Of a DNA stretch of 64,000 bases, positions 7,046-16,999 are shown piece by piece. The stretch is taken from assembly GCA_027218345.1 (NCBI GenBank), contig GCA_027218345.1_3950.1; one strand, written 5' to 3'. The notes under the pieces are model-generated. The model was given only the letters and a program-made list of their open reading frames with translations, was not told the origin of the DNA and ran no database searches. The translations under genes were made by a program, and so were the position numbers. Position 1 is the first letter of the stretch. Every line of letters begins with the position of its first letter. This DNA is from a phage.

Positions 7046-7417
7046 TTATTTTTTAAGCGTTGCTACAGCAGAGAACGTTGGTTTGTTATCTGTCTGAGAC
7101 TGACCACCATTATCAGGAGTCTTCTTAGTGTCTGCTGCAAGTGCTTTCATCTCACCTGCTGAGTGAGTAAAGATAGTTTTACCGACCTCAATCATACTCT
7201 TGATGGTTACGTCATCTGTGTTTAACCCGAACTCTGCAAGCTTAGCCGCGTCCCTTGTAACAATCGCCTCAAACAGCTTTGCAGCGAACTCAGCAGAATT
7301 ATCAATGGTCAGTTGAGCTTTTACGAGTGAGCTTTTGTTACGAGAGCCTTTTGGTCTTCCAGATGGGTTTCCAGACTGGCCTTTTTTAAACTGGCCTTTG
7401 TTTGTTCTGTTTTTCAT
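7046..7417 (-). CDS. hypothetical protein (GNPSGRPKG motif)
   Basis: 123-aa ORF, basic N-terminus. Confidence 0.5.
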   Translation of the reverse strand: MKNRTNKGQFKKGQSGNPSGRPKGSRNKSSLVKAQLTIDNSAEFAAKLFEAIVTRDAAKLAEFGLNTDDVTIKSMIEVGKTIFTHSAGEMKALAADTKKTPDNGGQSQTDNKPTFSAVATLKK

Positions 7418-7644
7418 TGGTATGCCTCTTATAAGACCTCTTAAAAGGCTTTTAAGATAAAAGATAGATATCCAGAAAGATATCTGTTTAAATAGCCTTT
7501 TTAGAGGAACCTTTTAAGTTATCTTCTAAGTATTTAGAAGCCTACACCTTGTCAAGTACTTTGTCAACAACTTTTTTAACTTGCAATAGTTCTTGACTTG
7601 TTGTATGGATTACTGTACCATCTTACTTAAGCTGTAGGTCTGCC
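7418..7644. promoter_or_regulatory. divergent promoter region between minus and plus gene blocks
   Basis: Intergenic, AT-rich, multiple TTGACA/TTGTCA hexamers including CACCTTGTCAAGTACTTTGTCAAC. Confidence 0.4.
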
Positions 7645-7808
7645 TTGTTCTACAAAGGAGACTTAATGAGAAAATCAAATAACCCGAAGAAAGGTAAAAA
7701 TACCAATCACTGTAAGGAATCAAAAAGGGTAGAGTTACTCTACTATTCATCCTCTGAAATTGGTCTGTACCTGTTCTTTCAAAATTACAGAAGACAAGAG
7801 GATTATCT

Positions 7809-8042
7809 ATGTGTAGTTCCCAATTAGAAATCGCAGATATTATAGATTTATATAAAACTGCAAAGAGTCATGGCTATATAACCTCAATTGGAAAGAATAG
7901 TCACTACGATGCTTTGACTGGAATGTATTTCAGGGCAATGGCTCAATCTAGTGAACAACACTTAATGGTTTCTTCCAGTGAGTTTACTTCGTTTCTCTAT
8001 TGCAGCAAAATTATAAATCGCAGGAGAACTGAAAAATGTTAA
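7809..8042 (+). CDS. hypothetical protein
   Basis: 77-aa ORF, first of plus-strand block. Confidence 0.3.
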   Translation: MCSSQLEIADIIDLYKTAKSHGYITSIGKNSHYDALTGMYFRAMAQSSEQHLMVSSSEFTSFLYCSKIINRRRTEKC

Positions 8043-8626
8043 CAGTAAGTTTTAATTACAATAGTGATGGCTCTGTATCAATTAATTCACCATATGCAAA
8101 TGACCTGCTTAAAGAGCTAGTCAATCAGTGTGATAGAGGTCTTCACTATGTTCAAAATTCTTTTAAACAGAAGACTATTGCTAATAACTTGATGCGTGTA
8201 ACAGTAACGGCATCGAATCCAAATTATGACTTTGATAGTGAAAGTCCGTACTCATTAGTTGCGCTTGGAGAGAGCAGACAATTCAAACTTGTTTGCCACG
8301 ACTCAGAAACATTCCTTAAGGTCTTTTCCAACCTTATCCATAATAATAAGTACAGCTACGTTGATGGTAGTGTAAATTTCTATCCAGCAAACTATACATG
8401 TTTGTTGGTTGATAATATGAGAAAAAGTAAGCAAGAGCCTACGGAAATTTCATTTGATGTGAACTCTAGTCCAGACGCAGAAACAAGTAAGAACTTTGAT
8501 ATGAGTTACGCATTGTCACTCAGTAAGAAATCCGAGTTCATTGATTATGTCAATGGATTTGGTTTTAAGTTTGATGAGAGTATGAATCTTAAAAAACTTA
8601 AGAACCTACTTAAGACCAAAGCTTAA
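8036..8626 (+). CDS. hypothetical protein
   Basis: 196-aa ORF followed by a hairpin terminator. Confidence 0.5.
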   Translation: MLTVSFNYNSDGSVSINSPYANDLLKELVNQCDRGLHYVQNSFKQKTIANNLMRVTVTASNPNYDFDSESPYSLVALGESRQFKLVCHDSETFLKVFSNLIHNNKYSYVDGSVNFYPANYTCLLVDNMRKSKQEPTEISFDVNSSPDAETSKNFDMSYALSLSKKSEFIDYVNGFGFKFDESMNLKKLKNLLKTKA

Positions 8627-8634
8627 GTGTGAAT

Positions 8635-8662
8635 AGGGGCTGATGCCCCTTTAACTATTTAT
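8635..8662 (+). terminator. candidate terminator hairpin
   Basis: AGGGGCTGATGCCCCT then T-rich tail. Confidence 0.4.
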
Positions 8663-8673
8663 AAGGATATTTA

Positions 8674-9045
8674 ATGAAAGCTAAGAGTGCAAAAGACTTT
8701 TATTGCTTCCTACAATCCTATATCAATTCCGTGCAAAATGGTGAAAGGTACAACCTTAATGATGTTATTCCAACACCTTTGACATGGAGACTCAGTAAAT
8801 GGCCTGAAGAAGATATTACACCAACAATCGAACAACGCACCTACAAACCCGAAATCAATATTCCAGACTCTGAGAATCTATTATATCCAATGTTCCATAT
8901 TGTTGGTCTTGGAAGATTCCTTATGGATATCCAGTATGTAATTGGTAAAGGTTATAAGGTTAAAGGTATTGTTGTTGGTGATGTATCTCCACAACATAAA
9001 GGCTATTTTAGATTAAACGCACGTTTAGAGGCTAAAAAGAAATGA
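8674..9045 (+). CDS. hypothetical protein, paralog of the N-terminal domain of the next gene
   Basis: Shares YKPE/YKPD, LLYP/LLYS and FLMDIQYVIGKG/FFMDLQYAIINGK motifs with the 9042 ORF. Confidence 0.55.
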   Translation: MKAKSAKDFYCFLQSYINSVQNGERYNLNDVIPTPLTWRLSKWPEEDITPTIEQRTYKPEINIPDSENLLYPMFHIVGLGRFLMDIQYVIGKGYKVKGIVVGDVSPQHKGYFRLNARLEAKKK

Positions 9046-9926
9046 TTAAAGCAAAGACTTACCCAGACTTCAAAGAATTTGTAAAGGGTTTCATTGCAAA
9101 TGTAAAGGCTGGTAAGAGGTATGATTTTAGAACATATCAAGAGGCTATTTTACCACTTACCTATAGCTCGTATTGGCCTGAAGCTGATATTGCAGAAGTT
9201 GAGAAGTTTGACTATAAACCAGACTATAAAGTTCCATTTAGTGATGAGTTGCTTTACAGTGTTGGTGCTCAAATGAGAACTTCTGACTTCTTCATGGACT
9301 TACAATATGCAATTATCAATGGCAAAGACGTTGATACAGTTTATTGTGAATGGCTGGCAAGAGTTAAACCATTCTCAATGTTGAATGCTAAGTTGAAGGA
9401 CGCTATCAAGCCACCATCAATCACTCAGCAACCAACCAATCAAACAGTAAATGAAGGTGGTACACTTACCCTAAGCGTTATTGCAACTAATGCCACTGGA
9501 TATCAATGGAAAAAGGATGGTGAGGATATCACTAGCGCCACATCTGCAACCTACACAAAACAGTCTGTAGCACCTTCTGATGCTGGTTCTTATACTTGTG
9601 TTGTGTCTGGAGAGGCTGGTACAAGTGTTACCTCAGATGCGGCAACAGTTACTGTTAACGCACTGCCTGTTATTACACAGCAGCCTTCTGGTCAGACTAT
9701 CAATGAGGGCGGAAACATCAACTTGGTAGTGGCTGCAACAGGTGCAACAGGTTACCAGTGGAAGAAAGGTGAGGAAGATATCCTCGATGCAACCGCTGCA
9801 ACTTACACTAAAGAAGGTGCAACCGCTGCTGATTCAGGAAGCTACACCTGTGTAGTTACTGGTGCAGGTGGCTCTGTAACATCTAACGCAGCAACAGTTA
9901 CAGTTAATCCAGCAGGGGAGGCATAA
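9042..9926 (+). CDS. Ig-like domain protein (two tandem Ig-like repeats)
   Basis: Two ~90-aa repeats each with GYQWKK...ATYTK...SYTCVV...ATVTVN pattern typical of Ig-like folds. Confidence 0.6.
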   Translation: MIKAKTYPDFKEFVKGFIANVKAGKRYDFRTYQEAILPLTYSSYWPEADIAEVEKFDYKPDYKVPFSDELLYSVGAQMRTSDFFMDLQYAIINGKDVDTVYCEWLARVKPFSMLNAKLKDAIKPPSITQQPTNQTVNEGGTLTLSVIATNATGYQWKKDGEDITSATSATYTKQSVAPSDAGSYTCVVSGEAGTSVTSDAATVTVNALPVITQQPSGQTINEGGNINLVVAATGATGYQWKKGEEDILDATAATYTKEGATAADSGSYTCVVTGAGGSVTSNAATVTVNPAGEA

Positions 9927-10390
9927 TGCAACTCTCAAGAAAAGGCTTAGAAGCTATTAAGTTCTTTGAAGGTCTTAAGTTAGAGGCTTACGAAGACTCT
10001 GCCGGAATCCCAACAATCGGGTATGGTACAGTCCGTATTGACGGAAAACCTGTTAAGATGGGTATGAAAATTACTGCTGAACAAGCTGAGCAGTATCTTC
10101 TCGCAGATGTTGAAAAGTTCGTTGCAGCAGTGAACAAAGCCATCAAGGTTCCAACTTCTCAGAACGAGTTTGATGCACTTGTAAGTGAAACATACAACAT
10201 TGGTATCACAGCTATGCAGGACTCTACATTTATCAAGCGCCACAACGCTGGTAATAAGGTAGGTTGTGCAGAAGCTATGCAGTGGTGGAACAAGGTTACA
10301 GTCAAAGGTCAGAAGGTCACTTCAAACGGCCTGAAAAACAGACGTAGAATGGAAGCTGACATTTATCTTGACAGTGTATACCCAAAGTAA
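9926..10390 (+). CDS. endolysin, T4-type lysozyme (GH24)
   Basis: N-terminal FEG...YEDSAGIPTIGYGT catalytic region of phage lysozymes; terminator hairpin immediately downstream. Confidence 0.8.
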   Translation: MQLSRKGLEAIKFFEGLKLEAYEDSAGIPTIGYGTVRIDGKPVKMGMKITAEQAEQYLLADVEKFVAAVNKAIKVPTSQNEFDALVSETYNIGITAMQDSTFIKRHNAGNKVGCAEAMQWWNKVTVKGQKVTSNGLKNRRRMEADIYLDSVYPK

Positions 10391-10399
10391 TATCTTCAT

Positions 10400-10428
10400 A
10401 GGCTCCTTCGGGAGCCTTTTTTTATTTT
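10400..10428 (+). terminator. rho-independent terminator after endolysin
   Basis: Hairpin AGGCTCCTTCGGGAGCCT followed by T7 run. Confidence 0.6.
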
Positions 10429-10442
10429 CTAAGGAGAAAACT

Positions 10443-10841
10443 ATGAAGCTTTGGGCTAGTGACTTTGGGACTTTTAAGTACACTCGTAATGGTTCGCTTG
10501 TACGCATTGTTGGAAACAATGTGGTTTCAAGAGGCGACAAGGTGTATACACGGTTCACTGTAGAGCTTGTTGAACTGTCACCTATTGAGTCTGTGAACAA
10601 TGGCCTGTTCAAGTTTGAGACTTACAATGTCAATGAGCATGGGCAATTCAACCCTCTTGGTGAAAGTGGACTTGATATTATTTCAGAACACCCGTTGACA
10701 AAAGAGCAACTTGCAAGTTATTATAAAACTGTTCTTGAAAGGCAGTTAGCAACACATGAACAAGAAGCTAACTACCATTTACAACATTGCGAAATTTTAA
10801 GAGAAAAAATCGAACAAGCAGAGAGAGGTTTTTATGAATAA
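10443..10841 (+). CDS. hypothetical protein
   Basis: ORF starting MKLWASD with strong AAGGAG RBS. Confidence 0.5.
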   Translation: MKLWASDFGTFKYTRNGSLVRIVGNNVVSRGDKVYTRFTVELVELSPIESVNNGLFKFETYNVNEHGQFNPLGESGLDIISEHPLTKEQLASYYKTVLERQLATHEQEANYHLQHCEILREKIEQAERGFYE

Positions 10842-11229
10842 TAACAGTCATATTCACGTTAAAGTTGATGTCAGTCGTTACAGCGAAAATGAGGAACTAG
10901 ACCTACAAGATGCTCTTCTCTTTGAGAAGAATGGTAATCTTCATTTGCATTTTGAAGGTACAAACACATATCTCCACAGATGCCGAGATGATGCAGATGG
11001 TTGCCCTGTTTTTGCTTGGTATAATTTAGAGTTTCCTCTTTACGCAATCCACTACCCAGATGGTGGAGAAGACTGGACAACTCAATCAATCTTTGATGAG
11101 CTTAACGGTATTCCTGTTGAGCAAGAAGAGCAAGAGCCTGTTGAACTCACCTTCACTTTTATCAAAGAAGAGAAAGTAGGTGAATTGTCCGTAACTGAAG
11201 CAATTCAAGTCACACAGGTTATTCGTTAA
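10834..11229 (+). CDS. hypothetical protein
   Basis: 131-aa ORF, overlapping stop/start with neighbours. Confidence 0.5.
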   Translation: MNNNSHIHVKVDVSRYSENEELDLQDALLFEKNGNLHLHFEGTNTYLHRCRDDADGCPVFAWYNLEFPLYAIHYPDGGEDWTTQSIFDELNGIPVEQEEQEPVELTFTFIKEEKVGELSVTEAIQVTQVIR

Positions 11230-11522
11230 TGAGTAAAGTACAGGTTATTTTCCCTATTTGTGACTTCTCACTAGAGCGTGAACTTGACCTGTACGAAGAA
11301 ATTACTGACGAAATCATCTGGTCTGTTGTAGAAGAGGCTATCAAGAAACTGTATGGTGGCCTCTTAAACCCAGCAAGTAAAAAGCTCAACACTAAACAAG
11401 TAGCTGATACGTACACTTCATATGATGCCTACAGCAAACCTTTTGAGAACACCTGCTTTGACCTTATGGTAGGTAATAACAAAGTCAATTATTTCTTCGT
11501 CAGAGAGTTTAACGATGAGTAA
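11229..11522 (+). CDS. hypothetical protein
   Basis: 97-aa ORF in tightly packed operon. Confidence 0.5.
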   Translation: MSKVQVIFPICDFSLERELDLYEEITDEIIWSVVEEAIKKLYGGLLNPASKKLNTKQVADTYTSYDAYSKPFENTCFDLMVGNNKVNYFFVREFNDE

Positions 11523-11859
11523 GCTCCATGTCACAGTGTACAAAAACTTCTCAGACATCAAAGAGTCTTTAACCAATAAGCTTGATATGCAACGGAAAAG
11601 ACTCTTTTTAATGTACGATATTGACAACTATAACCATCCTAAAGAGTTTAACTACAAAGATGGTACAAAGGTTGTTGAATTTGAAGATTCTGTAACGGTG
11701 TATGTCAAGCATGACTTACCAGCAAAGTATATAGGTATGTTAGAGTACTATATATTCAAACATACAGGTATGCGTGGTGAATCTGTCAAGATATCTTCTA
11801 TAGAAGTTTTTGAGAAACCTAACACACAACTTAAAAAGTATTTAATGAGGAAACTATAA
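11515..11859 (+). CDS. hypothetical protein
   Basis: 114-aa ORF. Confidence 0.5.
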   Translation: MSKLHVTVYKNFSDIKESLTNKLDMQRKRLFLMYDIDNYNHPKEFNYKDGTKVVEFEDSVTVYVKHDLPAKYIGMLEYYIFKHTGMRGESVKISSIEVFEKPNTQLKKYLMRKL

Positions 11860-12440
11860 TGTCCGAAGAGCAACAGAATATTACCCCACAAGTAACACTA
11901 GTCCAACATTTTGGGAACATTGAAGGTTGTGTTGCACTTTTTCAACCAAGTATCAATTCTCCTGCAAAAGTCTGTAAGTTGACTATGAATGTCAACAATA
12001 TCAGTGTTTGCCTTGTTGATGAAGTTCAATATTTCAAGTTTAATGACAGAGAGGTTGATGCTGCACTATTGAAGTACCGAGCAAGCCTCGAAAAAGACAT
12101 CGACCACAAAGAACTTGTAACACTGTTTGGTGACCTTCACAAGCTTCTTGAAAAGGTTATTAAGCGTACATACTACATGAACAATGGTTCAATCGTCACA
12201 ACTTTGATTTCTCCATGTATCTCAGAGCCAATTCTGACTGATGAAGGTGGATACTACGTAGTGGCATCAGCAGATTCTGATTGGTGGATGAAAAATACAG
12301 CACTTAAGACGGTTATTGAGGCTATTCGTGAGCATATCCCTTCATTCAGCCCGTGGAAAGGCAAAAGTGATGATTTCATTGCACTATTGAGTGAAGAGAG
12401 TAACAAGCGCAGTGCATTGCTGCCTAAAAAATACTCTTGA
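11859..12440 (+). CDS. hypothetical protein
   Basis: 193-aa ORF followed by hairpin plus T-run. Confidence 0.5.
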   Translation: MSEEQQNITPQVTLVQHFGNIEGCVALFQPSINSPAKVCKLTMNVNNISVCLVDEVQYFKFNDREVDAALLKYRASLEKDIDHKELVTLFGDLHKLLEKVIKRTYYMNNGSIVTTLISPCISEPILTDEGGYYVVASADSDWWMKNTALKTVIEAIREHIPSFSPWKGKSDDFIALLSEESNKRSALLPKKYS

Positions 12441-12523
12441 CCGAGTATACAACACTGGTTATGATGGGAGCTATCGAGAGGTAGTTCCCTTTTTAGTTTC
12501 TAGATAAGAGACATGGTAAAAGA

Positions 12524-12742
12524 ATGAAAAAACTAACTACAGTTGAAGATTACTACAAACTGTCCCTGTTAGAACAGTATCGTAGGAGCCAGAATATCAG
12601 AAAATGCTACGGTAAACACGCTGAAGGTGACTTTTACCGTTGCTACGATGCAGATTTAAAAGGTGTAACACCTAGAGGGAAAGTCCTGCAAAGACTTGTT
12701 GACCTTGAGTGGAACAAACGATTGAGAGGGGTTGGGAAATGA
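12524..12742 (+). CDS. hypothetical protein
   Basis: 72-aa ORF. Confidence 0.4.
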   Translation: MKKLTTVEDYYKLSLLEQYRRSQNIRKCYGKHAEGDFYRCYDADLKGVTPRGKVLQRLVDLEWNKRLRGVGK

Positions 12743-13242
12743 TTTACGAAGAAAGATACAAAATAGATTACCAGAAGACTGGTCATCATACTTCTCTTAG
12801 AGTAACCAAACCGAATGGAGATACCGGTATCATAGCACATTTTGGTGGTGATTATTGGTACGGTACAGGTTGCTTTGAAGGCTACAGTCAAGAATACTTG
12901 AAAGCTTTCTACAGAGACTTTACAAATGACTACAACAGGGTTGTTGACGAGAAGAATAAGTGCATTAAGCATGAACACCATGCCAGAGGTTGTCTGAATA
13001 TTGCTATGGTACTGGTTTTCTTCTTAGCAACATTACTAGCCGTATCAGCAATCAGCTACATAGCTCAAGACTTAACCATTACACAGATTACTGCAAAGGT
13101 ATATGATGTTTGGTACTTGTATGCTGTCCCTTTAGCTGGTATCATCATCTCACTACTAAGATTCAGAGTTCATAAGAAACGACTCAAAGACTCTGAGGTT
13201 AAACTTGAAGAGGTAAGTAAAGAATGCAACCTACAATTATAG
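12739..13242 (+). CDS. hypothetical membrane protein
   Basis: Two hydrophobic helices in C-terminal half; start moved to internal ATG. Confidence 0.45.
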   Translation: MIYEERYKIDYQKTGHHTSLRVTKPNGDTGIIAHFGGDYWYGTGCFEGYSQEYLKAFYRDFTNDYNRVVDEKNKCIKHEHHARGCLNIAMVLVFFLATLLAVSAISYIAQDLTITQITAKVYDVWYLYAVPLAGIIISLLRFRVHKKRLKDSEVKLEEVSKECNLQL

Positions 13243-13318
13243 CTGTATGTGTTCGTTTTGCAATCGCTGAAATGATTAACAAGGCAATCTTGAAAGATGC
13301 CTATGGAGAAACTAAGTA

Positions 13319-13543
13319 ATGATTAAGACACCTGTACCAATTTTTGGATTCCCTTCTATTGAAGAGTTCAAAGTTTATCTTGACAAAAACTTCTACAATG
13401 AGCAGCCTGTTACTCTGCTGAAGAGTGACCTATCAGAGCTTCTTGACATGGTTATCGAGGCAACTTCTGAGAAGGAACCTGAGCAGAAAGCTGAGAAGAA
13501 GACTAGTAAGAAATCCGATAAGAAAACTGAAAAGTCTGAGTAA
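13319..13543 (+). CDS. hypothetical protein with Lys/Glu-rich tail
   Basis: 74-aa ORF. Confidence 0.45.
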   Translation: MIKTPVPIFGFPSIEEFKVYLDKNFYNEQPVTLLKSDLSELLDMVIEATSEKEPEQKAEKKTSKKSDKKTEKSE

Positions 13544-13596
13544 TAACTTGAGGGGTTACTTGATAGCCCCTTTGTAGGAACTTAGAAGGTAGCGAA

Positions 13597-14061
13597 ATGA
13601 AAATTAAAGAAGTAGTTCAAAAAGCAATGCTTAACAACTCAACTAAAGATGAAATGTACAAAGAGATTTGTGATAAGTTGAATTGTTCAAGACATGCTGC
13701 TAAGGTTCTTGTACATTGTTTTATCTGGGAATGCTCAGAGGCTTATATGAAACATATAGCTTTTGAAAGTTCTAACTTACTAGGTGATGTAGAAGCTGGT
13801 GAGAAACTGAAAGAACCTGAGATGAAAACAGTTCCTAAAGTTGGTAATGTATACCGCCTTAAAGACTTCAAGACTGGAAAGATTGTTGCAAAAGGTGTAG
13901 TAGAATTTGTTTACCATGATGGTAAATACCTACTTAAAATATTTGAGTATGATAGCAGATATACACACTTGTGTGGTCTCACATTCTTAGTAACAGAAGA
14001 AGACCTCATTAAGAACAACAACAACAAGTTTGCAGTACCAGATTACCAAGTTTTACGATAA
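13597..14061 (+). CDS. hypothetical protein
   Basis: 154-aa ORF. Confidence 0.5.
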   Translation: MKIKEVVQKAMLNNSTKDEMYKEICDKLNCSRHAAKVLVHCFIWECSEAYMKHIAFESSNLLGDVEAGEKLKEPEMKTVPKVGNVYRLKDFKTGKIVAKGVVEFVYHDGKYLLKIFEYDSRYTHLCGLTFLVTEEDLIKNNNNKFAVPDYQVLR

Positions 14062-14623
14062 TGGTGTGATAGATATGGAAAAAGATAACTTAAAAGAAGT
14101 TGAAGGTAACTATCTAGTACTTGACTGGAATGATATTCGGGAAGCACTATCTAAAGAAAGCCTTGACATACTAGAGCAACTTATCTTCTCAGTACGTCAT
14201 ATCAGAGAAGTTAGAAATGGTAAAGAGCCACTTGAAGGAATCTTTGTAGAGAAGTCTTATCCGTTCTATGAAGACACTTTACAGAAAGTTAAGATGTACT
14301 TTAGACAGAAGAACCGTAAAGTGGTCACTATGGTCTCTCTTGGTGGACAGAGTATGTCTGTGATGGAAGATATCAACCCTAAGAGACCAAGTAAAGGTGT
14401 TTGTATAAAAATCACAGGTCATGAAGAGTATATCTCAGTGGATGACTTTAGTGCATTCTGTAATGGTTCTGCTGTCTTTAATGGGTTTCACTATGATATC
14501 CGAGTGTACCCAATCAAGGGAGATGATATCATGATGCAGGTATTCGATAACAACAACGGATTTACTCATTTTTATCAGACAACCAAGTCATCACTGAAGA
14601 CAGTTCTGGAAACACTGATTTAA
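14030..14623 (+). CDS. hypothetical protein (start uncertain)
   Basis: 197-aa ORF, last gene of plus block, followed by terminator. Confidence 0.45.
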   Translation: MQYQITKFYDNGVIDMEKDNLKEVEGNYLVLDWNDIREALSKESLDILEQLIFSVRHIREVRNGKEPLEGIFVEKSYPFYEDTLQKVKMYFRQKNRKVVTMVSLGGQSMSVMEDINPKRPSKGVCIKITGHEEYISVDDFSAFCNGSAVFNGFHYDIRVYPIKGDDIMMQVFDNNNGFTHFYQTTKSSLKTVLETLI

Positions 14624-14632
14624 AATATCTTA

Positions 14633-14665
14633 AGAGCCTCCTTAATTGGGGGCTTTTTAATTTTT
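14633..14665 (+). terminator. candidate terminator at end of plus-strand block
   Basis: GAGCCTCC...GGGGGCT hairpin then TTTTTAATTTTTAT. Confidence 0.45.
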
Positions 14666-16249
14666 ATAAAATTTATCGGTTGTCCCAACCTCTGGGTCAC
14701 CATCATATGTGAATAAAATATCTACCCTTCTTAACAACCTTCTTAAGCTTACTCTCTATATATATATAGTTATATAGTACTATATAGTATCTTAGTATCT
14801 ATCTAGTGGTCTTAATAGACCCTCTGTATAGCCCTTCTAAATAGCCCTCTAACAAACCTTCTTAACAACCTATACAATCACCTTAACCATCCCTCTACAC
14901 ACTCTTAGAAGCCCCTATACACCTCTTAATCTCTAGGTCAGCTATGTTACCCTCTATAGGTGTTCACTAGGAAATACTAAGCCTCTATATAGACTGTTTT
15001 AACAAACTTAACAGGAATATCTTTACAGACCTTATCTCACAAGGTCTAACACGGTACTAACAAGGTATCTTATAAGCCTGTTTCTACCTGTATTTTTAAA
15101 AGACTGTATAGGTAATTATTCAGAATTTTAAAATTTTTATAAAATAGAGTTGTCAAGTCATTTTTTAGGGTCTTTGAAGGAACTCAAAAATATCTGTAGA
15201 AGATGTATATCTGCTTGGTAGCCCTTAACAGTTCCTTAACACCCCCTTTGCAAAATTTTAAAATATCATTAACAATCTCTTAACAGTTCTCACATCTTCT
15301 TAACAACTCTTCAAAGGTCTTAACAGATTCTTAACAGAACTAACAAGAGCGTAACAGTTTCTTAACAGTTGATACATAGCCTTTACAGATGCTTAACAGA
15401 TGACTAACAAGAGCTATATAGTTAATTTTTAAGGGTTATTTTGTAAAGATAATTAACAAGTTCCTAACAAGTGTTTAATCTTTTTAACAAGCTATTAACA
15501 TGGTCACTATCTCTTCCCTTATTGTTCCCTTCCTCTCTTAGTGACCCTTTAAACATACCTCTTAAAAGCTCTCTATAGCTCTGTATAGCCCCTTTTAAAC
15601 CTCTTCCTAGTATCTACCCCTCAACTGTATGGATAGCTCTTTATAGGGCTTTACAGGGGCTTTAAAGGCTATGCCAAAGGTTCTTACAAGGCTTTTACAT
15701 GGTTGTAACAGAGATTTAACAAGGGGCTAACAAGTATAACTATGTAGGGTTTGTTAAGAAATTGTTAAGAAAATGTTAAGGGGGCTAGCATTTACGTAAC
15801 TTTTAAGCTATCTATCACGTAACTCTATAGTTTCTTTTACGTAACTTTGAAGTAACTTCATAGCCCCTTTTTAGTAGTTCACAAGGAACTAACGAGATAA
15901 TAAAGCTTATAACCTTATAAGATTCTTTTAAGCCTCTATAAAGCCCTGTAAAGAGCTTTTTAAGGTGAGTTAATGCAATCCATTAAGTTAGGTTGATAAG
16001 GCTGTTATAGGGCTTTGTAGAGCGTTTAAGGGGTTGCCCTTCCCTTTCGGGTTATGGGCTTGTATTTAAGTTGATTTGATAAAAGGCTATAGAGTAGACT
16101 ATAGAGTTATTACTTTTTAAGGTCTGATAAAGTTCTGACTTGTTAGGTGGGTTTTAAGATTCTGGAAAGGGATTTGATAGACGTAAAAAAGCCCCATTTA
16201 AGGGGCTGTAAAGGTATCTGGGGCTATTCAGCCCCCGTTAATTGACAAT
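14666..16249. repeat. ORF-free repeat-dense tract (iteron-like arrays)
   Basis: Clusters of TTAACAG/CTAACAAG, ACGTAACT and GTTAAG direct repeats, TATATAG-rich segment, several GC hairpins; no ORF of 60 aa or more. Confidence 0.6.
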
Positions 16250-16780
16250 TTACAGATTTTTGATTGTCTCGTCAATATCTTTTTCAATATCTTTTAAAGT
16301 TTTTTCTAAGTTCTTGATATTGAAAGTTAAGCCTTCACCGATGGTTTTAGCGTAACCGCTAGGACGTGAGTTATATAGTTCGATTTCTTCCACTTCGAAG
16401 AGACTAACCAACTCACCGCTTACATTGTAAGCCATTGAAACAGTGTTTACAGGGGCTTTATAAAACTTGTTCAATGACTTGAGAGAACGTTCATAAGCCA
16501 TTTTATAACTGTTTAAAAGGCTTTTAACGTGTTTGTGAACGTTTTTACACTCATCTAAGTAAAGCCCTAAAAACATCGGGAGAAGTTCCGCTACAGCTTG
16601 CATAAAATGAGAGGCTGCAACGGTTGCAACATTACGACGATGAACGTAATAAGCCCCTTTTTCTGATTTGGTGATTGTTGCAAAGTGTACACCATTACAA
16701 CGAAATTCGTAGGTATCTTTAACAGGCTTAGACATTACAGCATTTGAGCGGATGTAATTGATGGCTTTGAACTTGTTCAT
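16250..16780 (-). CDS. hypothetical protein
   Basis: 176-aa ORF preceded by conserved type-A cassette. Confidence 0.5.
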   Translation of the reverse strand: MNKFKAINYIRSNAVMSKPVKDTYEFRCNGVHFATITKSEKGAYYVHRRNVATVAASHFMQAVAELLPMFLGLYLDECKNVHKHVKSLLNSYKMAYERSLKSLNKFYKAPVNTVSMAYNVSGELVSLFEVEEIELYNSRPSGYAKTIGEGLTFNIKNLEKTLKDIEKDIDETIKNL

Positions 16781-16999
16781 TTTGACTCTCCTAGTTTAAG
16801 GATTTTATTTAGTGGGGAGGTCATCCCTCCCGTTGATTAGTAATTTACTTGTTTTGATATCTGATTGCAAGCAATTTTTTAAGCTTATCTATAAAGAATC
16901 TTTTAAGTTAATCCCTTTTAGATAAACCCCCTCGAACAACATTACCAATGTCAAGGGGCGTTGTCAATACTTTTTTGAAAGTTTTTTGTAAGTTATTGA

